Source of the DNA: a virus
Length of the DNA stretch: 56,045 bases
Strand: one strand, 5' to 3'
IMG/VR virus record: IMGVR_UViG_3300045988_061467
Span: 1 to 56,045 of that record
Positions within the stretch are counted from its first letter, which is position 1, and each line of letters starts with the position of its first letter. The notes beneath the pieces were generated by a model that ran no database searches, had not been told where the DNA came from, and saw nothing but the letters and a program-made list of their open reading frames with translations. Positions 27,096 to 34,767 of the stretch are shown piece after piece. Both the position numbers and the translations under genes were made by a program.

Positions 27096-27848
27096 ATGGC
27101 AAAAAATAAAAAACGGAAAAAAGTCAATGTTAAAAGGAAAATGCTTATCCCTACAAATATCTCGAAAAAGGTAAATGTAAAAGCAATTGCTTATCGAAAA
27201 GTCACAGTTAAATGGCTTCCTAATACAGATGAAATCCAAGTATATTTCGACCTTTATATGAATAAAAATAGGCTCACTATGTTAGGCACTATTGACCCGG
27301 ACAGGAGCTATTTTGAAGGAATTAGAATTGTTTGTAGAAACCCGCAGCCTTGGATGACTGTTAAGGAGCTCCAGGTTGCGCGTGTAGACGCCCCAGGTTT
27401 TTTTGCAGTTCTTAAAGCCTATTGTCATACAGTCGGAGACGTACTAGACAACGGCGCAGAGCCTGATGAAATTGTTCCTGGTATTATGTATAAAGGTGGT
27501 GAACTATTTAAGGACAGTGAAATTGTCAGCCTTTTCAAGTACGATGTCAAAGAGCCTTACGAGTTTCCAAAAGATACTCCTATAACTGCTGGCAACTTCA
27601 AGGATTTTATTATGTCTAGCCAACATACTAGAGCACTTGTTTTAAGGTGTGCTAATATAGGTGAGTTTTCTACGAACTGGAGGAAGTGGCAAGCATCTAT
27701 CCAGGTTCTGCTCGACTATGCCAAGGCGGATGACTTTACAGTAGATGAAACTGTTTGGGACTTTTCACCTGGCTCTAAAGCTGGAAAGATAGCACGTCGA
27801 AAGGGTTATGAAGCAATTCAACAATCCCTTGAGCTTATAAATCAATAA
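27096..27848 (+). CDS. Hypothetical protein (250 aa) with a strongly basic N-terminus
   Basis: The ORF begins MAKNKKRKKVNVKRK and is followed by a terminator. Confidence 0.55.
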   Translation: MAKNKKRKKVNVKRKMLIPTNISKKVNVKAIAYRKVTVKWLPNTDEIQVYFDLYMNKNRLTMLGTIDPDRSYFEGIRIVCRNPQPWMTVKELQVARVDAPGFFAVLKAYCHTVGDVLDNGAEPDEIVPGIMYKGGELFKDSEIVSLFKYDVKEPYEFPKDTPITAGNFKDFIMSSQHTRALVLRCANIGEFSTNWRKWQASIQVLLDYAKADDFTVDETVWDFSPGSKAGKIARRKGYEAIQQSLELINQ

Positions 27849-27875
27849 CGTAGCTTCGGCTCGTTATTTTTTTTT
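27847..27875 (+). terminator. Rho-independent terminator after the 250-aa gene
   Basis: aacgtagc-ttcg-gctcgtt (7 bp with one bulge) followed by a run of T (attttttttt). Confidence 0.55.
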
Positions 27876-27905
27876 AAAAAAATTAAAAATTTTTACACAA
27901 AATGC

Positions 27906-27934
27906 TTTACTTTATTCACTCATTATAGTATAAT
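27906..27934 (+). promoter_or_regulatory. Family-1 promoter, plus-strand copy 2
   Basis: TTTACT-17 nt-TATAAT. The flanks are near-identical to the copy at 25921. Confidence 0.65.
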
Positions 27935-27967
27935 CATACTATAAATAAAACAAAAGAGGTAAACAAA

Positions 27968-28147
27968 ATGGCAAAAGTTAAAGATTTACAAGTAAGGATG
28001 AAAGTTGTAAACGAAAAAGGTACTGAATTTGAAGTAACTTCTCGTCAAGGTCGTAAGTGGGTAGGACTAGAACGTCTTACAGATGGACGCATTTGGTTCT
28101 ACGATAACGAAACACTTCTAGTTGAAAAGGTTGAGGTAGTAAAATGA
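27968..28147 (+). CDS. Small hypothetical protein (59 aa), absent from the ORF track because it is under 60 aa
   Basis: The ATG at 27968 is preceded by the same aagaggtaaacaaaATG RBS context as the gene at 25984. It translates to MAKVKDLQVRMKVVNEKGTEFEVTSRQGRKWVGLERLTDGRIWFYDNETLLVEKVEVVK. Its stop overlaps the next ATG (ATGA). Confidence 0.6.
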   Translation: MAKVKDLQVRMKVVNEKGTEFEVTSRQGRKWVGLERLTDGRIWFYDNETLLVEKVEVVK

Positions 28148-28350
28148 ACGAAGATCGTTTTAACATACAACCTGAGGACATACTTAACTTCATCGGTATC
28201 CTTAATACAAAGGATCCAGACTTTCATGACTGCTTAGTAGCCCGGCTAGTAAGCTCCTACACTAAAAAGGAACTTGCGTATAAAGGATTATCCTTCGACG
28301 ATTTTATTGCTGAGATTCAAAGTCAATCACTCGCTTATCTAGGAAAGTAA
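28144..28350 (+). CDS. Hypothetical protein (68 aa)
   Basis: ATGA-coupled to the 59-aa ORF and followed by the bidirectional terminator. Confidence 0.55.
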   Translation: MNEDRFNIQPEDILNFIGILNTKDPDFHDCLVARLVSSYTKKELAYKGLSFDDFIAEIQSQSLAYLGK

Positions 28351-28351
28351 A

Positions 28352-28375
28352 AAAGACCTATTCATTTAGGTCTTT
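28352..28375. terminator. Bidirectional terminator at the convergence of the plus-strand cassette and the minus-strand early/middle block
   Basis: 9-bp stem aaagaccta (28352-28360) / taggtcttt (28367-28375) with a 6-nt loop. It has A-runs upstream and T-runs downstream, so a U-tract is available on both strands. Confidence 0.75.
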
Positions 28376-28638
28376 TATTTTTGCGATTGTAGTTTAGTGA
28401 GATAGTTCGCTAAATCTAGCGCCTCCTCTTTAGCGTGCTGCAGGAAGTCATCTTCGTTATTTTGTTCAAGTGTAGTTCCATACTTGTTTACACCTACAAC
28501 ACTACGAGATATAAGCTCTAATGCTGTACGCAGTACAATAGGATCTAATCCTGTCACGTCTATATAGTCACGTGACTCTGATATCTCACTAGAAGTAATA
28601 ATACTTCCCTGAGGTGTGATATTATATACCTTAGGCAT
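28375..28638 (-). CDS. Hypothetical protein (87 aa), possibly related to the dATP/dGTP pyrophosphohydrolase N-terminal domain family
   Basis: TALELISRSVVGVNKYGTTLEQNNEDDFLQHAKEEALDLANYL resembles the helical KYG...EA-D-a-Yl pattern of small phage dNTP pyrophosphohydrolase-like proteins. This rests on a weak recollection. Confidence 0.25.
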   Translation of the reverse strand: MPKVYNITPQGSIITSSEISESRDYIDVTGLDPIVLRTALELISRSVVGVNKYGTTLEQNNEDDFLQHAKEEALDLANYLTKLQSQK

Positions 28639-28978
28639 CTTTATCCTCCATCATTCGATTGAACTGTTTTAGCGTCATTGCTATATACTGTTCGCCATTG
28701 TCTCCGTAGTCGAACACTAGTGCGCAATAATCTTTTTTGGTAGCGAACCGTTCCTGTTCATTTTTATCGAACCATTCCTTTTTCAGGCTTACTGTCTTTT
28801 GTGGCTTCATAACTGTCTTGCATTCTATAAGCATCGAGTCTGTTACGACGTCACCTTTGTAGTAGTCAGTAGCTCCTGAATTAGGCTGTACTTTTCCTCC
28901 TAACTGCTTAGCAACTGCCTTCTCTTGTTTAGCACTAGCTCTGCGCGTAGGAATTGGCTTGTATGCGCGTGATTTCAT
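28631..28978 (-). CDS. PD-(D/E)XK nuclease, Hjc-type Holliday junction resolvase-like (115 aa from the ATG at 28978)
   Basis: EKAVAKQLGGKVQPNSGATDYYKGDVVTDSMLIECKT fits the E...G...SG...D-x(n)-E-x-K resolvase core. The ATG at 28978 forms an ATGA overlap with the stop of the upstream small membrane ORF. The longer track ORF (TTG 29113) has no RBS. Confidence 0.5.
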   Translation of the reverse strand: MKSRAYKPIPTRRASAKQEKAVAKQLGGKVQPNSGATDYYKGDVVTDSMLIECKTVMKPQKTVSLKKEWFDKNEQERFATKKDYCALVFDYGDNGEQYIAMTLKQFNRMMEDKDA

Positions 28979-29166
28979 GGCAGATAGGCGAGTATAAAGA
29001 GTGACGCATAAAACGCGATAGAGCTTACGACAGCCCCTAAAAACAGGGCGATAGGGCTTCGGTCGTCTTCTTTCTTTCCTACTACAAGATATATCATTGC
29101 AGTAGTTAGGCAAAAAGCAGAAAGGACAAAGACACTACTTAGAATAATTTTTACCATATAACTCAT
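28975..29166 (-). CDS. Small two-TM membrane protein (63 aa)
   Basis: MSYMVKIILSSVFVLSAFCLTTAMIYLVVGKKEDDRSPIALFLGAVVSSIAFYASLFILAYLP has two hydrophobic helices. AAGGAG lies 7 nt before the ATG at 29166. Confidence 0.55.
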   Translation of the reverse strand: MSYMVKIILSSVFVLSAFCLTTAMIYLVVGKKEDDRSPIALFLGAVVSSIAFYASLFILAYLP

Positions 29167-29530
29167 CAAGTTTCTCCTTTATTTTAAGTCCGTGTTTAGA
29201 GCGGATAATGTTATCCCCATCTAAAATTTCTTCAAGTGTTTCAACTGCTTTGTCTCGAAGTTGGTGAACCCATGTATAGTGATAACCAATTTCAGCTGCT
29301 GCGTTAGTGACTGGAAGGTCATCTAATACACATAGCCTCAAGACATTTCGTTGGCTTTCAGGAAAACATTCGACTAGATTGTCAATGTATCCTACAAAGG
29401 CTTCAAGGTTTTCGAGTTCTTCGCTGTTATCTTTTACAGCAAGCAGGAAGTTTATTCGACCTCTTGCACGTTGATAGTCTTTGCGAAGTTCGACAATTCG
29501 TTTGTTCATTTGCTTTCGCTGATTGTTCAT
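29135..29530 (-). CDS. ArpU/RinA-like late transcriptional regulator (sigma-70 region-4-like)
   Basis: SQRNVLRLCVLDDLPVTNAAAEIGYHYTWVHQLRDKAVETLEEIL is a region-4-type HTH. The gene sits near the distal end of the early/middle block. Confidence 0.5.
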   Translation of the reverse strand: MNNQRKQMNKRIVELRKDYQRARGRINFLLAVKDNSEELENLEAFVGYIDNLVECFPESQRNVLRLCVLDDLPVTNAAAEIGYHYTWVHQLRDKAVETLEEILDGDNIIRSKHGLKIKEKLDELYGKNYSK

Positions 29531-29814
29531 GCAATAGGCTCCTCGTATTTAATAGTTTCACAAGTTGCTTCGACGTAGATGATACTGTCTAGCCGAAGTA
29601 TAATGTCCGTAGCAATAACGTCACCATTGATGTCAGAATTGTAAGGAGTCATTCTAATACTCCTTTGATTATAGAGATCAGGGCTATCAATGTAACCCTG
29701 AATGTCCTCTATAACGTCATCGTAATCGTCAATGGTGTTGAATAAAGCTGCTACTTCTAAATGAGTTCCATTTTCATAGATAACATGAAATAGCGTCTTT
29801 ATTCGTTCCATCAT
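29527..29814 (-). CDS. Hypothetical protein (95 aa)
   Basis: Overlapping start/stop junctions with its neighbours. Confidence 0.5.
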   Translation of the reverse strand: MMERIKTLFHVIYENGTHLEVAALFNTIDDYDDVIEDIQGYIDSPDLYNQRSIRMTPYNSDINGDVIATDIILRLDSIIYVEATCETIKYEEPIA

Positions 29815-30188
29815 AATTCTCCAGATTCAACTAATTGCAATGCAAGGTTGCCAATTTTTCTGTCCATGTCGATAAGGCCTAAGATAATATCTTTTAAGTC
29901 TTCAGCCTTTTCGTTTTTACAAGCCTCTTCAACCGCTTCTTGGAAAGACTCAATTCGAGCATTTGCGATACAAAGTTTCTTGTCCAAATCTTCTGCGTGG
30001 GAAACAGGAAGAGCCATAACTGAAGCAACAAGCAGACTTTGACGGTCTTTCTTTTCTACTGCCATGTTGATAATAGCTGCTGCTGTGTCGCGAATTTCCT
30101 TGTAAGTAAACGAAGCGTCGACATAGCCACTTTCATCTTCATTGTAGATCCTAGTATTGAATTTTTCGTTTTGACAATTTTCACACAT
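29811..30188 (-). CDS. Hypothetical protein (125 aa)
   Basis: ORF that begins with CENC. No other motif seen. Confidence 0.5.
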   Translation of the reverse strand: MCENCQNEKFNTRIYNEDESGYVDASFTYKEIRDTAAAIINMAVEKKDRQSLLVASVMALPVSHAEDLDKKLCIANARIESFQEAVEEACKNEKAEDLKDIILGLIDMDRKIGNLALQLVESGEL

Positions 30189-30206
30189 TTTATTTTGACC
30201 TTTCTT

Positions 30207-31466
30207 TTAAGGGCGAGGGCGACGAGAAGGCGCTGGAGTCTTTCGAGTAGGTTTTGCAACTGCTTTAGGTTTTTCTGTGCGCTTGATGTATTCAGCTTCA
30301 GTGATAGGTTCCCAAGTTTCTTCATCATATTCTTCAGGCAAGCGTTCGCCTTTTGCAAGTTTATGAACTTCACCATCTAGTTCGTAGAAGAAGTCTTCTT
30401 CTAAAATAGGGCACATTGCATCCATGTATTCTTCTTCATCTACAAGAATGTCGCTGTCATCGTCTGGTTCATTGACATCTTTCTTGTAGTAAACATCAGC
30501 CACTTCACTGTAGAAGTAGTAAACATCTCGAACGTGTCCAGCAGGTGCTACAACATTGTTATCTTCTACTTCTTCGACTTCTGGCTCCTCTTTAGGCTCC
30601 TCTACCTTTTCAGCTTTTTTAGGCATACGGATTTTAGAAGATTTCTTAGGCTCCTCTTTTGGCTCCTCTACCGTTTCCTCTTTTGGAGCAGGTTTTCGAC
30701 GTCGAGTGATTCCAGCTTTTGGAGTTTCTTCTGCTTCTTCAACAGTTTCAACTTCTTCTTCCTTAGGCGCAGTCTTTTTGCGTGAAGCCTTTTTAGGCTC
30801 TTCTTTGACAACTTCTTCAACTACTTCCTCTTCGACCTCAGCTTCTTGCTCAATTGAACCTTGAGAGTATTCGAAGTTTTCATTTTCGACTACATAAGTT
30901 GCAGCCATGTCTGCGCGATGAATTAGGAAAGCAAGTGGATTAGTTTCGAAAGCTGCTCCGCATCCATTCAAATTTGCATAAGGACTAATATCATAGGCTC
31001 CCATATGCCAGAAAATTGCTTGAGCTTCAACTGGAGTGAGTTGAATGAAACGTTGAAGAAGATAGATAGACTTTGCTCCATGTCCCATTGTAAGTTGTTC
31101 AGGATCGTATTCATATGCTAAATAACTTTCCCACTGACCGTCAGCGTCCTTATGCCATTTTTCAGTTTCGCGATATTGACCTACTTTGCAAAGGTCGTGG
31201 AATAGTGCTACGATTGCAACTGTTTCCATTGAATAAATGTCTTCCCAGCCTTTGCCAACCATAGTATCCATTTCGAAAAGTAGTTGATTGAACACGTTTA
31301 ATGAATGTTCAACAAGTCCACCTTCATAGCTTCCATGGTATCGAGTGCTTGCTGGACTCGAGAAGAAATTAGTTTCATTTTCGAGCCAATCCATAAGGTT
31401 ATCAATTCCGTCACGAGTGATTGTTTCTGTAACTGCTTTCTTGAAGCGTTTTTTAAAGTCTGTCAT
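30207..31466 (-). CDS. HD-domain phosphohydrolase with a long E/K/P-rich linker and a C-terminal domain (419 aa)
   Basis: The N-terminal domain has LVEHSLNV...ALFHDLCK (an H...HD signature). Residues ~205-300 are low-complexity E/K/P/V. Confidence 0.6.
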   Translation of the reverse strand: MTDFKKRFKKAVTETITRDGIDNLMDWLENETNFFSSPASTRYHGSYEGGLVEHSLNVFNQLLFEMDTMVGKGWEDIYSMETVAIVALFHDLCKVGQYRETEKWHKDADGQWESYLAYEYDPEQLTMGHGAKSIYLLQRFIQLTPVEAQAIFWHMGAYDISPYANLNGCGAAFETNPLAFLIHRADMAATYVVENENFEYSQGSIEQEAEVEEEVVEEVVKEEPKKASRKKTAPKEEEVETVEEAEETPKAGITRRRKPAPKEETVEEPKEEPKKSSKIRMPKKAEKVEEPKEEPEVEEVEDNNVVAPAGHVRDVYYFYSEVADVYYKKDVNEPDDDSDILVDEEEYMDAMCPILEEDFFYELDGEVHKLAKGERLPEEYDEETWEPITEAEYIKRTEKPKAVAKPTRKTPAPSRRPRP

Positions 31467-31606
31467 ATTAGACCCCTTTCATTTTCTATAATATAGCTGA
31501 TTGAAGTTTCGTTTCCGTACTTCTTTTTTAAATATTCGAGAAATTCAATATTTCCGACCATAACTACTCTCACCTTTTGCGGGCTATTTACCGCAACTTT
31601 TGTCAT
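31463..31606 (-). CDS. Small hypothetical protein (47 aa), not in the ORF track
   Basis: GGAGGA lies 6 nt before the ATG at 31606. It translates to MTKVAVNSPQKVRVVMVGNIEFLEYLKKKYGNETSISYIIENERGLI. The stop overlaps the HD gene ATG (ATGA). Confidence 0.5.
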   Translation of the reverse strand: MTKVAVNSPQKVRVVMVGNIEFLEYLKKKYGNETSISYIIENERGLI

Positions 31607-31632
31607 AGGCTGTCCTCCTTTGCTTATACTGT

Positions 31633-31662
31633 AATATACACAGATCTCAGCCTATTTGTTAA
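31633..31662 (-). promoter_or_regulatory. Family-2 promoter (TTAACA-18 nt-TATATT, TGTG immediately before the -10)
   Basis: Minus strand reads TTAACAaataggctgagatctgtgTATATT, upstream of the 47-aa ORF and HD gene. Confidence 0.5.
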
Positions 31663-32552
31663 GTAAGTGAAAAAATTTTATACAAAGAAATGTAGACCGC
31701 TGAACTTTCTGTGTATCGACCATTCTTGATACCTTCAATAGCTTGACCTAAAATAGACATTCCTTCGAAAGCTGAGTCCAATTCGTATTGAAAGTTATAG
31801 ACAATCTTATTGATTAAGAACTGCTTAATTCCTAAATTAGATTCTTTGGGCTCTTCTGCTCCTAATACAAGACAGGCGTTATTGAAGTTTTGATAAAGTA
31901 AGGTAAGCAACCCAATAGGACTTTCACCTTTTGCCAAAAGTTCAGTGACTTTTATAATTGCCTGCTCCGGCCTATATTCAAGTACATCATCGACTAGGCT
32001 GAAAATATCAATTTCTGTCTTGTGCTTGACAATAGATTCAACTACTGATGCGTCGACCTTTTTTAATCGAGACAGCTTGTCGAGTTCATTATCAATTCTA
32101 GAATAGTCATTTAGACAGAACTGGATAACCATGTCAATCATGTTGCTATCAATAGTTGAGTATTTAGACACAAAGTGCCTTTTCAACTGGGCGTCAGTCA
32201 TTTTCTCAAATTCAACACAATTATCAGGAAAGGCTTTTAGCAACTTGCTTCGCTTGTCAATTTTAGTAACCATTAAAACAAGTGTCCCATATCTAACATC
32301 CGGAAGCCTTTTCCATCTAGACTCATTTGCTAAAAAGTCTTTATCGTCTCGAACAGCGAATATTCGACGATTAGAAACAAGCCCTCTTTGAGTAAGGGTT
32401 TTCCAGACTGTCGAAACTGAAGACTCTCGAACTACATTTCCCATTTGATTGAGATATACATTCATAAGTCCAATTTCTTCGCCGTATAAGATATAGAACG
32501 GTTTCAAATTATTAGTTCGAATATCTTTTTGAAATGATACTAAATCACTCAA
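31659..32552 (-). CDS. holA: Clamp-loader subunit, DNA polymerase III delta-like (HolA-like)
   Basis: The N-terminal LKPFYILYGEEIGLMNVYL matches the delta-subunit opening motif. It is adjacent to the delta-prime-like and gamma/tau-like genes. Confidence 0.55.
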   Translation of the reverse strand: MSDLVSFQKDIRTNNLKPFYILYGEEIGLMNVYLNQMGNVVRESSVSTVWKTLTQRGLVSNRRIFAVRDDKDFLANESRWKRLPDVRYGTLVLMVTKIDKRSKLLKAFPDNCVEFEKMTDAQLKRHFVSKYSTIDSNMIDMVIQFCLNDYSRIDNELDKLSRLKKVDASVVESIVKHKTEIDIFSLVDDVLEYRPEQAIIKVTELLAKGESPIGLLTLLYQNFNNACLVLGAEEPKESNLGIKQFLINKIVYNFQYELDSAFEGMSILGQAIEGIKNGRYTESSAVYISLYKIFSLT

Positions 32553-33384
32553 CTTGTTTGACCCTCCTGATAAATTCGTTTACACTAACACGCGCATTTG
32601 AGCCTTTTTTAGATATCTTTCTCAAACACCTTGACGCCTCTCTTACTAAAAGGTCATGAGCTTCAAGTTCGTCGAAAGACATTTCTAAATAATGTTTACG
32701 GATAACAACTGTCGACCAATTTAGCAAACAGTTGAGGAATAGTTTAGAATCAATTTTTCCTTCATCAGTCTCCTTAAATTTAAGCCAATTAGTAACCTTT
32801 AATGAGTTGCTAGCACTTGCCTCCCATATTAAGTCATAGAATGTTGTAACCTTTTCAAATAGCTCTTCTGCGCCATATTCTAATATATCCTCAAGCATTT
32901 GAAGATTGCTGGCAAGATTGCAATAGTCTACAATCGCCCGGTCGTCAATTCCTGAAGTATCTACTTTCTTGTAGGACTTAACAAACTGCATTTTCTCTTC
33001 AGTAGTATAGGGTAGCATGGTTAGAACTTTTGCTCGACTTGCAAGCGTTGGTAAAGCATTATTGATACTATCAACAGTCATGGCTATATGACAGTTTAGA
33101 GGCGGCTCTTCCGCTATCTTTAAAAGCGAGTTAAGAGCGGACATCGACAAGCTATTGCCGTCTATCACGTAGATTCTCGCCTTGAAAATAGTTTGAGCGT
33201 CCTGTATAATGTTCCGAATGTCATCTACACTTGTTCCCACTACAATAGAATCAGCGTCAAATTTTGAAGAAATATAACGGATTAAGGTTTTTCTTCCCGA
33301 ACCTACTTCGCCTTCGACGATTATAAATTTTGGAAGCTGTTTCCATTTTGAGATAGTAGATTTAACAAGCTCCTGTCCAATCAT
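32545..33384 (-). CDS. holB: Clamp-loader subunit, DNA polymerase III delta-prime-like (HolB-like)
   Basis: P-loop-like GEVGSGRKT together with ALNSLLKIAEEPPLNCHIAM and LPTLASRAKV (the LLKtLEEP / SRc motifs of the delta-prime/gamma family). Confidence 0.6.
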   Translation of the reverse strand: MIGQELVKSTISKWKQLPKFIIVEGEVGSGRKTLIRYISSKFDADSIVVGTSVDDIRNIIQDAQTIFKARIYVIDGNSLSMSALNSLLKIAEEPPLNCHIAMTVDSINNALPTLASRAKVLTMLPYTTEEKMQFVKSYKKVDTSGIDDRAIVDYCNLASNLQMLEDILEYGAEELFEKVTTFYDLIWEASASNSLKVTNWLKFKETDEGKIDSKLFLNCLLNWSTVVIRKHYLEMSFDELEAHDLLVREASRCLRKISKKGSNARVSVNEFIRRVKQVE

Positions 33385-33385
33385 T

Positions 33386-34411
33386 TTACTCCTCCTTGCT
33401 CATCAAAAGAAGTTTGGTTTCAATTATCGGTTTAGCATTCGGTTCCCATTTAACAACTCCAGCAAGTTCATTCATTTCTTCAAGCATCCATAATAGAGTA
33501 GGATATTGAAAAGCCTCACAAAATTGTTCTAGCTTACTTTCAAAATGAGCAGGAAGTTGAGTGATTGAAATATCTCGAACTAGCCAATACTTACAAACCT
33601 CTAAAAGGAAATCAGTGAAGTTTCGAGTCACTAATTTCAAGTCTTTTCCTGAGTAATGGAAATCATTTACAATTTCCAAACACTTTGAGCCGTCATAGTT
33701 GGCAATAGCTTCAACAAGTGAAGCGAATGTTTCATAGTCAGGAACGCCTAGTGCATTAGAAACGGCTTCCATATCAACGTGATGACTATAATCAAGGACT
33801 TTTTCAAGCCTTGTGATACTGTCACGCATTCCGCCATTTGCAAGTTTACCAATGAAAGAAAGGGCGTCACGCTCATAACTATAACCAGCTCCTTCTTCAT
33901 TTTCGCTTTTAATGATAAATTCAAGCTGACTGACAATGTCGTCATTATCAATTCGAGTGAAGTCAAACCTTTGAACTCGACTGAGGATTGTGTCAGGAAT
34001 CTTTTGAGGGTCAGTAGTGCATAAAATGAACACGGTTCCGGAAGAAGGTTCTTCTAATGTTTTCAGCAGCGCATTAAACGCTCCAGTTGAAAGCATATGA
34101 ACTTCGTCAATGATGTAAACTTTGAACTCACTATCCATAGCCTTGTATCTAGAATCTTCAATAATGTTTCGAACATTCTCTACCCCATTATTAGAGGCAG
34201 CATCAATTTCAATAGGAGAGCCTAGTCCTTTATTCACATCTTTTGCAAAGATTCGAGCAGTAGTTGTTTTCCCTGTTCCAGCTCCTCCACAGAATAGATA
34301 GCCATGTTTTATAGCGCCATTTTGCAATTGATTTAAAAGAATTTCTTTCACATATTCTTGAGCTACCACTTCCTCAAAAGTGCGAGGGCGGTATTTGGAT
34401 GCTAAATTCAT
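33386..34411 (-). CDS. dnaX: Clamp-loader ATPase, DNA polymerase III gamma/tau-like (DnaX-like, 341 aa, no tau extension)
   Basis: YRPRTFEEVVAQEYVKEILLNQL, GGAGTGKTT, IIDEVHMLS, NALLKTLEEP and ILSRVQRF form the complete AAA+ clamp-loader motif set. Confidence 0.8.
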   Translation of the reverse strand: MNLASKYRPRTFEEVVAQEYVKEILLNQLQNGAIKHGYLFCGGAGTGKTTTARIFAKDVNKGLGSPIEIDAASNNGVENVRNIIEDSRYKAMDSEFKVYIIDEVHMLSTGAFNALLKTLEEPSSGTVFILCTTDPQKIPDTILSRVQRFDFTRIDNDDIVSQLEFIIKSENEEGAGYSYERDALSFIGKLANGGMRDSITRLEKVLDYSHHVDMEAVSNALGVPDYETFASLVEAIANYDGSKCLEIVNDFHYSGKDLKLVTRNFTDFLLEVCKYWLVRDISITQLPAHFESKLEQFCEAFQYPTLLWMLEEMNELAGVVKWEPNAKPIIETKLLLMSKEE

Positions 34412-34767
34412 TTTCTTAAAAGCCTTTCTGCGACCCTTACAGCAAACTGACAGTCGTATGGAAGTCCCATTCCAGTATTTCCATCAAACTGTTTAAACTC
34501 GTTATAGAGAACAGTTTGTCGAAACTCATCAGGGTGTGAAACTATAAGAGAATATAGTTCGTGGCTCCATTTATCATACTGTCCGTCTGCTATAATTAAG
34601 TCATTAAAATAGTAATAGATACAACTATGAACAAGCACTTGACGCTCTCTGCGGTTCATAAGTTCAACCACTTGCTCATCGATTTTAGGTTTAGGTTTAG
34701 GAACTGTCCTCGCTTTTCGCTTTACAACTGGAGGACCAGGTTTCGAACCAAATAGAGATTTTTGCAT
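34408..34767 (-). CDS. 119-aa protein: N-terminal clamp-binding-like peptide, basic linker, and a LigA domain-Ia-like module
   Basis: MQKSLFGSKP shares QKxLFGxKP with the polymerase N-terminus. HSCIYYYFNDLIIADGQYDKWSHELYSLIVSHPDEF aligns by eye with the NAD-ligase Ia motif YY-x-D-x-I-x-D-x-YD-x4-EL-x2-L-x3-HP. Confidence 0.35.
   Translation of the reverse strand: MQKSLFGSKPGPPVVKRKARTVPKPKPKIDEQVVELMNRRERQVLVHSCIYYYFNDLIIADGQYDKWSHELYSLIVSHPDEFRQTVLYNEFKQFDGNTGMGLPYDCQFAVRVAERLLRK

Noticed and set aside
28979-29113. N-terminal 45 residues of the 160-aa track ORF (TTG start at 29113)
   Set aside because: There is no RBS, and the sequence is Cys/Arg/Tyr-rich and non-protein-like. The interval is better explained by the 63-aa two-TM ORF in another frame, ATGA-coupled to Met46.
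30039-30864. ORFs of 83-113 aa on both strands within the HD-protein gene and its upstream neighbour
   Set aside because: They are alternative-frame and antisense readings of the E/K/P low-complexity linker (Phe/Ser/Leu-rich) and have no start signals.
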